From an uncultured Solirubrobacterales bacterium (GTDB lineage Bacteria; Actinomycetota; Thermoleophilia; Solirubrobacterales; 70-9), in contig CAWEBQ010000003.1 in assembly GCA_963807385.1 (NCBI GenBank), forward strand, positions 718,426 through 782,425: a stretch of DNA of 64,000 nt, in the 5' to 3' direction. Below the pieces are notes generated by a model. The model was not told the origin of the DNA. It saw nothing but the letters and a program-made list of their open reading frames with translations, and searched no databases. A program made the translations under genes and the position numbers. Shown piece after piece: positions 1-7,613 of this stretch; the stretch's first letter is position 1, and every line of letters starts with the position of its first letter.

Positions 1-1920
1 CTGATCGGTTCGCTCCAGCAAGAACTCCACCTGGCAAAGCCATGCGACGGCCTCGAGGCGCTCGGCGAGCTGCGCATCCGTCAGGGGGTCGATCAGGCCT
101 GCAGCGTGGTCGGCCATGGCGCGGGCCTCGGTCAGATCGGCGACCCGGAGAGCCTGCGAGGCCAGCACCGACGTGGCCACGCACTCGAGCACCGGGTGGC
201 CGACCTCGCGAGCCGAGGCCAGCGCCTGCCCGGCGAAGTCGTAGGCGTCCTCCCACTGGTCGCTCATCGCCGCCAGGCCCGCCAGCGCGCCGAGCACGGT
301 CGCTCGCCGGCGTCCCGCCTCCAACCCCGGGTCGTTGAGCAGTTCCTGCAGCGAGATGCGGGCCTCCTCGTGGCGGCTGAGAAAGCGATCGACGAGCGAG
401 CACGCCACCGTCGCCTCGATCCGCATGTCCAGCGCTTCGGCGGGCATCGCCGCGATGGCTTCGCGCAGGGCCACGCGGCTGTCGGTCAGTCGGCCGGCGG
501 CGGCGAGCATGCGTGCCCGCAGGACGAGCAGGGCGAGCCGCTGCTCGTCCGCCTCGGGGCCCTCGGGCAACAGGCGAAGAGCCGCGCCGAACCAGCGGGC
601 GGCAGCCGCCGGGTCGCGCGCCGCCGCATCGTTGGCGGCAGCGGTCAGGACCTCGATCGCATCCGCATCCCCGGCTCGGGCGGCCTGCTCCACATGGTGA
701 GAGCGCGCCAGCGGGCCGGCCCCGCGCTGGGACAGCACGGCGGCCAGCCGGGTGTGGGCGGCGATGCGCCATCCGGGACTCGCGGACTCGTAGACGGCCA
801 GCGCGACGATCGGGTGGCGGAAACGGAACTGTCGGGGCGCTGCAGTCGGCACCACAACCCCCATCGCGGTCGCCTGGTCGATCGAAGCCAGCAACTCCGC
901 CTGGTCGATCTCGGCGGCGGCCGACGCGAGGTCGAGATCGAAGGGGTCACCGGCAACGGCCGCGCCCTGGAGCGCAATCCTCGTGCGCTCGCCGAGGGCG
1001 GCCAGCTCGTCGCGAAGCGCCGCCTGGACAGCTTCCGGAACTCCCTCGATCATGCCGGCGGTACCTCCGCTCGGATTGGCAGCCAGGGATTCGGGCCGGG
1101 CGGCCAGTTGCTGGAGGTAGAAGGGATTGCCGCCCGCTAGCTCGTAGGCGCGCCTGGCCAGCTCTGGCTTCAGCGAGGACGCGAGGACGCGAGCTCCGGA
1201 TGGAGAGATCGGCCCGAGCTCAATTCGCACCAGGCCGGCGTCGCGGATGCCGGCGTCCAGCGCCGCCTGCCACCGAGCCGGGAGGATGCCGCTCCTGTGT
1301 GCCAGGGCGAAGGTCACCGGAGCGCGCGGTGGATGACGAAGAAGGTGCTCGGTGAGCTCGAGCGATGCGTCATCGGCCCAGTGCAGGTCGTCCAGCGCGA
1401 CTACCACGGGCTTGACCGAGCCGATCAGCTCCAGCAGACCCCTGACCGCCCGATGCGTCCGGTAGCGCTCCTCGCTCGGCGTCGCCGGCCTGGATTCGGC
1501 GAGGTCCGCCAGCGCTGGGAACACCTCGGCAAGCTCGGCGGCCTGATCCGTCGGCAACCGCTCAAGGAAGCGCAGGTTCAAAGAGGCGAGGTGGTCGTCC
1601 AGAGCGCCGACGTAGAGCGCGAAGGGGATCTCACGCTCGAGTTGCGCCGCTCGCGCCCTGAGGACGACTCTATCCGCGAGGCTCTCCGCGATCTCGTCCA
1701 GCAGCCGGGTCTTGCCGATCCCGGGTTCGCCGACGAGCTCCAGGAACCGGGCGCGTCCGGCGGGCGAATCACCAAGCACCTCCTTGATGCGGAGAAGCTC
1801 AGTCTGGCGACCGACGAGGGGCGGGGTGGGCAGGCCGGAGCCGGTCTCCCGACACGACCCGGGCGCTGAGATGGCGGAGATGGGCGTGGACGCCGACAGA
1901 GTTTCCCCCTCATCACGCAT
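1..1920 (-). CDS. STAND/LAL-type AAA+ ATPase regulator with a helical-repeat C-terminal region. Only the 5' part is present; the gene runs off the left edge.
   Basis: Absent from the ORF track because there is no stop codon in the window. My own minus-strand translation (codons whose lowest coordinate is 1 mod 3) starts at the ATG that is the reverse complement of 1918-1920. It reads MRDEGETLSAS...PPLVGRQTELLRIKEVLGDSPAGRARFLELVGEPGIGKTRLLDEIAES, with the Walker A motif GEPGIGKT encoded at about 1708-1731. It is still sensible at the edge (...AMADHAAGLIDPLTDAQLAERLEAVAWLCQVEFLLERTDQ at 1-120). The plus-strand ORFs 106..1140 and 1297..1869 are antisense shadows. Confidence 0.75.
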   Translation of the reverse strand, partial: MRDEGETLSASTPISAISAPGSCRETGSGLPTPPLVGRQTELLRIKEVLGDSPAGRARFLELVGEPGIGKTRLLDEIAESLADRVVLRARAAQLEREIPFALYVGALDDHLASLNLRFLERLPTDQAAELAEVFPALADLAESRPATPSEERYRTHRAVRGLLELIGSVKPVVVALDDLHWADDASLELTEHLLRHPPRAPVTFALAHRSGILPARWQAALDAGIRDAGLVRIELGPISPSGARVLASSLKPELARRAYELAGGNPFYLQQLAARPESLAANPSGGTAGMIEGVPEAVQAALRDELAALGERTRIALQGAAVAGDPFDLDLASAAAEIDQAELLASIDQATAMGVVVPTAAPRQFRFRHPIVALAVYESASPGWRIAAHTRLAAVLSQRGAGPLARSHHVEQAARAGDADAIEVLTAAANDAAARDPAAAARWFGAALRLLPEGPEADEQRLALLVLRARMLAAAGRLTDSRVALREAIAAMPAEALDMRIEATVACSLVDRFLSRHEEARISLQELLNDPGLEAGRRRATVLGALAGLAAMSDQWEDAYDFAGQALASAREVGHPVLECVATSVLASQALRVADLTEARAMADHAAGLIDPLTDAQLAERLEAVAWLCQVEFLLERTDQ

Positions 1921-1976
1921 CCTACTCGCGGATCGTCCCTCTGCGGCGACGCGGCCGCACGCGAGGGGCGCCGACG

Positions 1977-2843
1977 CTATCCCACCGGCTGGGCCATGGT
2001 CCGTCGATCGGCCACCGCCGCGGGGATGGCCCGTGCGTTCATGGCCACTAGCACCGTCGCGGACGCCCCGAACCAGGCAAACCAGACCCAGGTGGCCAAT
2101 GCGGCGGCCGGGAAGAGCTCGCTGTGCATGAGCGAGACCACGACCGTCCCGGCGGTGAAGACCAGCATTGCCGGCGCGATTGCCGCGAGCTCGGCCCAGG
2201 CCCGGCGCCGCGAATAGACCCAGCTGGTGAACGCGTAGGCCAGGAATGGACCGCCGTAGAACTGGGCGAGGCCGGCGCTGACCGGCCAGGGCCAGACATC
2301 CACCATCGCCTCACGTGCGACCAGCAGCGCCACCCCGACGACAGCGAACACGGTGGCCTGCAGCTTGAGGAACGCGGGAGCCCAGGCCGGCAGAGTGGGC
2401 CCCCCGACCGCTGGAGCTTCCCGGTGGCGAGCTGTCCACGCGAGCGTGAAGGCGATCGTCGGGTAGACGATGTAGGAGAGCGTCCAGACCCGGACAGGCG
2501 TCAGGTCGAAGTCGAACGCATCGAGGTTTAGGAGGGTCACGAGCAGCAGGAGGCTGGTGAAGATGCCAATCGCAGGCAAGGCCGGCGAGACCTGCGACCA
2601 GCGGTGCGCCAGGATGGATCCGATCATGTAGACGCCGCCGAAGAGGTAGAGGACGCCGACGAAGCGAGCGTGGAGGGGCGGCAGGACTACCCAGGTGAAG
2701 GACTCATCGATTCGTGCTGGAGCGAAGAGGCCCAGGTACGCCACCAGTAGCGCGGCGACGGCGATCACCGCGAAGAACAGGCGTCGCCCGGCCGAAACCT
2801 CGTTCGCCGCGCCGATCCGGGTGCGCGTTCCCAACCTCTTCAT
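1977..2843 (-). CDS. Polytopic membrane protein of an unrecognised family, internally duplicated (paralog 1 of 3 in the window)
   Basis: 288-aa ORF with about 8 hydrophobic segments. The two halves resemble each other (ESFTWVVLPPLHARFVGVLYLFGG versus VDVWPWPVSAGLAQFYGGPFLAYAF). It is collinear with 62105..62944 and 62941..63765. Confidence 0.7.
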   Translation of the reverse strand: MKRLGTRTRIGAANEVSAGRRLFFAVIAVAALLVAYLGLFAPARIDESFTWVVLPPLHARFVGVLYLFGGVYMIGSILAHRWSQVSPALPAIGIFTSLLLLVTLLNLDAFDFDLTPVRVWTLSYIVYPTIAFTLAWTARHREAPAVGGPTLPAWAPAFLKLQATVFAVVGVALLVAREAMVDVWPWPVSAGLAQFYGGPFLAYAFTSWVYSRRRAWAELAAIAPAMLVFTAGTVVVSLMHSELFPAAALATWVWFAWFGASATVLVAMNARAIPAAVADRRTMAQPVG

Positions 2844-3068
2844 CTTGATCTACCTCCTCTGAGGGCTTGTCTGCTCGGTCAACTCTGTCCCCGCCGCACG
2901 GCCCTGTGCATGGGGGAAGTGCCTACTCGCTCACCCACTTCGTCCCTAGGCCTCCGGTTTGAACGGAAGTAGGGGGTTCCCCCATGTTCAAAGAGCTTCG
3001 CGTGCCAGAGGGTGGGTCGCATGACAACTCGCAGCGACATACATGCACACGTACTCGGAACGACAAGA

Positions 3069-5207
3069 ATGAGCCGTACGGCCATCGGCCTCGGGTTCAT
3101 CGCCTTGACGCTCGCGCTCGCTCCGGCGGCGCTTGCAGCCCAGGCGTCTGTGACCGAGCTCCCGGGGGCCGGCAGCGACGTCCTCCGCTACGACGGCGGA
3201 ATCGACGCCCAGAACACGACGATCACCTTCAATCCGGGCGGAGTGCCCGACTTTCGTGTCCGCGAGACCGGATCGATCATCACCGCCGGGAGCGGCTGCA
3301 GCAAGATCTCGAGCGACACCGTCAGCTGCCCCTCTGCCGGGATCGGGCTGATCCTTGCGACGCTCGGTCTCGCCAACGACCGGATCGATGTCAGCGAGGG
3401 GATCCTGCTCCCGGCGACGCTAGACGGAGACGGAGGTGACGATGTCCTCATTGCCGGCGGCGGCGATGACCTGGTCCGCGGCGATCTCGGCGACGACACG
3501 CTACACGGGCGGTCTGGAGACGACGAGCTGAACGTGGGCGGCTCCGTCGCCCAGGCGTTCGAAGAGGAACTCACCGGAGGAGCCGGCGACGACACACTGG
3601 TCGGAGCCAACGGTGACGACACCCTCTCGGGAGGCGACGGCAACGACTCGCTCAACGACATCGCCGGAGCCGACGACGTGTCTGGCGACTCGGGAGTCGA
3701 CACGGCGCGGTTCGAGATCCTTGGTCCTGGCCCCCCAGGCGTCACGGCGGACCTCGACGATGCTCCGGACGACGGCCTCGCCGGACAGGGGGCAAACATC
3801 CACTCCGACGTCGAGAACCTTGTCGGCACCGACCGTGCCGACGTGCTGATCGGCAACGGCTCTTCGAACGAGCTACGCGGTGGCGAAGGCGCCGACAAGC
3901 TGTTCGGCGGGCCGGGAGGCACCGTTCCTGACGTCCTCAACGGTGGCGGCGGCCGCGATCTGGCCGACTATGGCGGGCGCACCGAACCCCTCGTCCTCAG
4001 GGCGGCCGCCCTGGGCGGTACCACGGGCAACGGCGCCTCCGGCGAGGGCGACGCGCTCTCCGGCATCGAAGACGTGCGCGGCGGACTGGCCGATGACACC
4101 CTGCGGGGAGACGCCGGCGCGAACCAGCTCGACGGCAACGCGGGAAATGACCGCCTCGACGGCGGCGCCGGCGACGATCAGGTCAGGGGCGGGCCCGGGA
4201 CCGACACCGCTGACTACTCGAGTCGCACCGAGGCGGTTCAGGCGAGCTTGGCCGGCGGGGAGGCCAGAAGCGGCACCGAGCTCGATGCGCTCGACCAGGT
4301 CGAGAACCTGGTGGGGGGCTCGGAACGCGACCAGCTCGAAGGCAGCTCGGTCAACAACGTGCTTCGGGGCGGAACGGGCGGGGACACGCTTCGCGGCCTC
4401 GGCGGATCCGACCTCCTGATCCCCGGTCCCGGGATTGTCAGCGATACGCTTGAGGGCGGCGAGGGTCCGGACACGCTCGACTACTCCGACCGTGGCGAGG
4501 ACCTCGTCGTCGACCTGACCGACGCCCAGGGGCTGGGCGGTCAGGGCGCGCCGGGCGAGGAGGATCGGGTCGCATCGAGCGAGCACGTGATCGGCGGCTC
4601 GGGCGACGACGTACTCGTCGGCGACCAGACCGCCAATCGTCTCGCCGGCAGCGGCGGCAGCGACAAGCTCGACGGGCTCGGTGGGTCCGACGAGCTCCTC
4701 GGCGAGGGCGGCCCAGACCGGGTGACCGCGCGCGACGGAGCTGCCGACATCGTGACGTGCGGCGACGCCTCAGACACGGCGCTCGTCGACGCCACGGGTG
4801 ACCAGGTTGACTCGGATTGCGAGGCGGTCGACCTCCCTGGGCCGCCCGAGGTGACGATCCTGAGCCGGCGCCTGCGCCCCGACGCGCGCGGGTTCGTGCG
4901 GATCAAGCTCGGGTGCGGCCCGGAGACCTGCGGCTTCGGCCGGCTAACGCTCGAGAGCGCGAAGAAGGTTCAGGATGCAAGTGGCCGGCGGCGAGTCCGA
5001 CTCGCCCGAGAGCGATTCGCGATCGAGCCCGGGCGGACCCGGATCGTCCGGACCCGACTCTCGGGTCGGAACCGCAGGCTGGTAGCGCGGCTCAGCCCGC
5101 TCGCGGTGCGCGTCGTAGCGGTCGCTGTCGACGCCGTCGGCGAACGCAGCAAAGCCACCCGAGAGGTGACTCTCACAGCAAGGCAAGGTGGGCGGGGCAC
5201 TCGATGA
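3069..5207 (+). CDS. Secreted RTX-like (hemolysin-type) calcium-binding repeat protein
   Basis: The ORF is 3012..5207. The likely start is the ATG at 3069, which gives a signal peptide MSRTAIGLGFIALTLALAPAALAAQA. There are many GGxGxD nonapeptide repeats, for example GGAGDDTLVGANGDDTLSGGDGNDSL and GNAGNDRLDGGAGDDQVRGGPGTD. Confidence 0.85.
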   Translation: MSRTAIGLGFIALTLALAPAALAAQASVTELPGAGSDVLRYDGGIDAQNTTITFNPGGVPDFRVRETGSIITAGSGCSKISSDTVSCPSAGIGLILATLGLANDRIDVSEGILLPATLDGDGGDDVLIAGGGDDLVRGDLGDDTLHGRSGDDELNVGGSVAQAFEEELTGGAGDDTLVGANGDDTLSGGDGNDSLNDIAGADDVSGDSGVDTARFEILGPGPPGVTADLDDAPDDGLAGQGANIHSDVENLVGTDRADVLIGNGSSNELRGGEGADKLFGGPGGTVPDVLNGGGGRDLADYGGRTEPLVLRAAALGGTTGNGASGEGDALSGIEDVRGGLADDTLRGDAGANQLDGNAGNDRLDGGAGDDQVRGGPGTDTADYSSRTEAVQASLAGGEARSGTELDALDQVENLVGGSERDQLEGSSVNNVLRGGTGGDTLRGLGGSDLLIPGPGIVSDTLEGGEGPDTLDYSDRGEDLVVDLTDAQGLGGQGAPGEEDRVASSEHVIGGSGDDVLVGDQTANRLAGSGGSDKLDGLGGSDELLGEGGPDRVTARDGAADIVTCGDASDTALVDATGDQVDSDCEAVDLPGPPEVTILSRRLRPDARGFVRIKLGCGPETCGFGRLTLESAKKVQDASGRRRVRLARERFAIEPGRTRIVRTRLSGRNRRLVARLSPLAVRVVAVAVDAVGERSKATREVTLTARQGGRGTR

Positions 5208-5256
5208 GACGACCGCCGCGCCGACCACGAACGCCACCGACCGAGGAGGTCAACCG

Positions 5257-5865
5257 ATGCTGAGTCAAACACCCTTGCAGTCGATGCCGCTGCTGCTCGT
5301 CGCCCTCGCTGCGATCGGCGCGGGCTGTGGGGACGACGGGGACGGCGCAGCCTCGGTGACGCCTCCGGAGGGGACGTTCGTCGGCCAGGTTGAGGAGACG
5401 AACGCATACATCGCACTGGTCTCCGACGGCGAGCGCGTCGCCAGGTAGGTCTGCGACGGCGACGCTGAGGGGCGCAGCGTCTCGGTCTCGGCCTGGTTCG
5501 GAGGAAGACTGGACGGCGAGGACGGCGAGCTCGTCGACCGAGACGGCTCCAGGCTGGGCGGGACTACCCTGACGCCGGCCGGGGCAACTGGCGAGGTCCT
5601 AATAGACGGCGAGTCCTACGCGTTCAGGGCGGGAGCCGCAGATGGCAACGCCGGTCTCTATCGGGGGGTGAATGGCGAGTCCGGGGGGCCTCCCGCCGTC
5701 GAGGTAGGCCAGATCGTCCTCGCCGACGGAAGCTGCCGGATACGGCGCGGTGATCCGGACCACAGCCTGACGGACGATCACCGGATCGACCGCCGGCGCT
5801 CGGAGCCTACGCGAGCAGGGACGCCAGGTCCGCGTCGAGCAAGTCGACTCGACGCGGTGAGCTGA
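5257..5865 (+). pseudogene. Lipoprotein gene interrupted by an in-frame TAG at 5446-5448
   Basis: GAGGAGG lies upstream of the ATG at 5257. The signal and lipobox read MLSQTPLQSMPLLLVALAAIGAGC. The frame stops at TAG 5446-5448 and then stays open in the same frame to 5865. The downstream sequence looks protein-like with GC-rich third positions (VCDGDAEGRSVSVSAWFGGRLDGEDGELVDRDGSRLGGTTLTPAGATGEVLIDGESYAFRAGAADGNAGLYRG...). No start codon explains 5449-5664. Confidence 0.55.
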
Positions 5866-6229
5866 CTGCGTCAAAGCTCCCATCGGCCGAGACGATGGTG
5901 GGGATCTCGTGCTCGAGGCTGCTGGCCACGTGCAGGCGGTCATTCGCTCCCAGCTCGGGCGGGGCTTCAAGGGCCATCGCGAGGTCGAGCGTACGCGGCG
6001 AGACCGCCAGCAGGTCGTCGAAGATCGTGCGGGCACGGAGGGTCTGCCCGGCCAGATCCGGGACGCGGCCGCTCAGCTCAAGGTGCCAAACCTCCTCGAG
6101 CACGGCGACCGAGGTGGTGCCCGGGACATCGCCTTCCGCGATCGCCGCGAGCACCTCGATCGCCGGTTCCCGGCGCGGACCCGGCGTGACCGCGTAGACG
6201 ATCACGTTGGCGTCCACAAAGAACGTCAC
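5807..6229 (-). CDS. vapC: PIN-domain toxin VapC
   Basis: 140 aa beginning (M)TFFVDANVIVYA, with a later acidic residue in ...GANDRLHVASSL..., typical of VapC. The GTG start overlaps the antitoxin stop (GTGA at 6226-6229). Confidence 0.85.
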   Translation of the reverse strand: MTFFVDANVIVYAVTPGPRREPAIEVLAAIAEGDVPGTTSVAVLEEVWHLELSGRVPDLAGQTLRARTIFDDLLAVSPRTLDLAMALEAPPELGANDRLHVASSLEHEIPTIVSADGSFDAVSSPRRVDLLDADLASLLA

Positions 6230-6510
6230 TCGCGAGCACGCTTGGACTTCGGGCCGAGGTCGCCCGCGTCGTCGATCGCCGCGTGGATCAGGCGCTCGAT
6301 CTCCTCCGGTTCAAGGCTGGGGCCACGTGGCCTGGCCGCGCGCATCCCTGCGATCGCCCGCGCCCTTTCCGCGCGAGTGCTCGTGCCGAGCTGGGCGTCG
6401 ATCGCGTCGCGCACGACGGCGCCGACGGAGACGCCGCGGCGGCGCGCCTCCGCGTCCAACCGGCGGCGCTGCTCGGGATCGACCAGCAGCTGCAAGCGCT
6501 CCTTGAGCAT
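6226..6510 (-). CDS. vapB: Ribbon-helix-helix (CopG-like) antitoxin VapB
   Basis: The ORF is 6226..6564. The probable start is the internal Met giving MLKERLQLLVDPEQRRRLDAEARRRGVSVGAVVRDAIDAQL, an RHH-like N-terminus. It overlaps vapC by 4 nt. Confidence 0.75.
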   Translation of the reverse strand: MLKERLQLLVDPEQRRRLDAEARRRGVSVGAVVRDAIDAQLGTSTRAERARAIAGMRAARPRGPSLEPEEIERLIHAAIDDAGDLGPKSKRARE

Positions 6511-6578
6511 GTGTAGAGCATACACCACTATGAGTGTAGGCACTTCCCCCATGGAGAAAGCCATGCCCGGCGGCGATC

Positions 6579-7568
6579 ATGGGAGCCAATGGAGACCTTC
6601 CCCGGAAAGCCCAGTTCGCTTCTGGGGTCCGCCCCGGCAGGTGGTCGGTGAGTCGTCGCGCCTCCTGGCTGACGGGCGGTTTGACCCTCACCCTCACGCT
6701 GGCGCTCGTCGCCTGTGGGGGCGCCGGAGACCGTGGCGGAAACGCGGACCCTGAGCAACTACTCGATAGCGCCTTCGCGAATCCGATCCCAACCTCGATT
6801 ACCGAGGCCACGGTAGTGGCTCAGGTCGAGGGCCTGAAGGGGCTCCCCGGCGCGCTGGAACTGAGGGTTGAGGGTCCATACGTGAGCGGCAAGGGCCAGG
6901 AGATCCCCAGTGTCGACTGGGCTGTCGACGTAGCAGCGGGCGCGCTCGGTCTGACAGGCGAGCTGGTTTCGACCGGGGACAACGTATTCGTCGTTCTCGG
7001 CGGCGAGCCATACGAGGTCGGTCGGAGGCCGGTGGCCAGGCAGAACCGCCAGGTCCGCGCTGCGACCCGCGCCGCCGGAGGGACCCCGAAGCCGCTGACG
7101 AATCTCGGAATCCATCCGCGTGATTGGTTCCGTGACCCATCGGTCGTCGGCGAGGAGGTTGTCGATGACGTCGAGACGGTTCACGTCACCGCTGGACTGG
7201 ATGCCCCACAGGTGGTCGAGGACGGCCACGAAGTCGCCAACAACCTGGGACTCGCAGGGCCCGAGCCGGCACCAACCCGGCTTTCGCCCGACCAGGCCGG
7301 GTCCGTGAAGCGCCAGATCGAGAGGGGCTCTATCGACGCCTGGATCGGCATCGACGACGAAGTCGTTCGCCGGTTTCGCGTGGAGCTCGCCTTTGCCGTG
7401 GCGCCCGCGCAGCGGAACGAGGTCGGCGGGGCACGATCTGGAACCGTGATCCTCGACATCCTCCAGCTCGAGGTCGGTGAGGAGCAAACCGTGGAAGGCC
7501 CCTCACGCGGCCGCCCGATAGCCGAGATCGTCGACGCCCTCCCCGGGATTCCCGGGCTTGAGCAATGA
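6579..7568 (+). CDS. Putative lipoprotein, function unknown
   Basis: 329-aa ORF with lipobox LTLALVACGG. The alternative GTG start at 6648 would give a conventional signal peptide (VSRRASWLTGGLTLTLTLALVAC). Confidence 0.7.
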   Translation: MGANGDLPRKAQFASGVRPGRWSVSRRASWLTGGLTLTLTLALVACGGAGDRGGNADPEQLLDSAFANPIPTSITEATVVAQVEGLKGLPGALELRVEGPYVSGKGQEIPSVDWAVDVAAGALGLTGELVSTGDNVFVVLGGEPYEVGRRPVARQNRQVRAATRAAGGTPKPLTNLGIHPRDWFRDPSVVGEEVVDDVETVHVTAGLDAPQVVEDGHEVANNLGLAGPEPAPTRLSPDQAGSVKRQIERGSIDAWIGIDDEVVRRFRVELAFAVAPAQRNEVGGARSGTVILDILQLEVGEEQTVEGPSRGRPIAEIVDALPGIPGLEQ

Positions 7569-7613
7569 TGGCTCGGCCCGGGTACGCCCAAGCGCAGTCG
7601 GACCGTGGGATCG

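Noticed and set aside
106-1355. Plus-strand ORFs 106..1140 and 513..1355 at the left edge
   Set aside because: The minus strand carries an open frame running off the edge, with a Walker A motif and a sensible N-terminus (start at 1920). The plus-strand ORFs are its antisense shadows.
5446-5448. In-frame TAG as programmed readthrough or pyrrolysine
   Set aside because: There are no pyl genes or recoding signals in the window, and the lineage is not known for amber recoding. A nonsense mutation or a sequencing error is much more likely.
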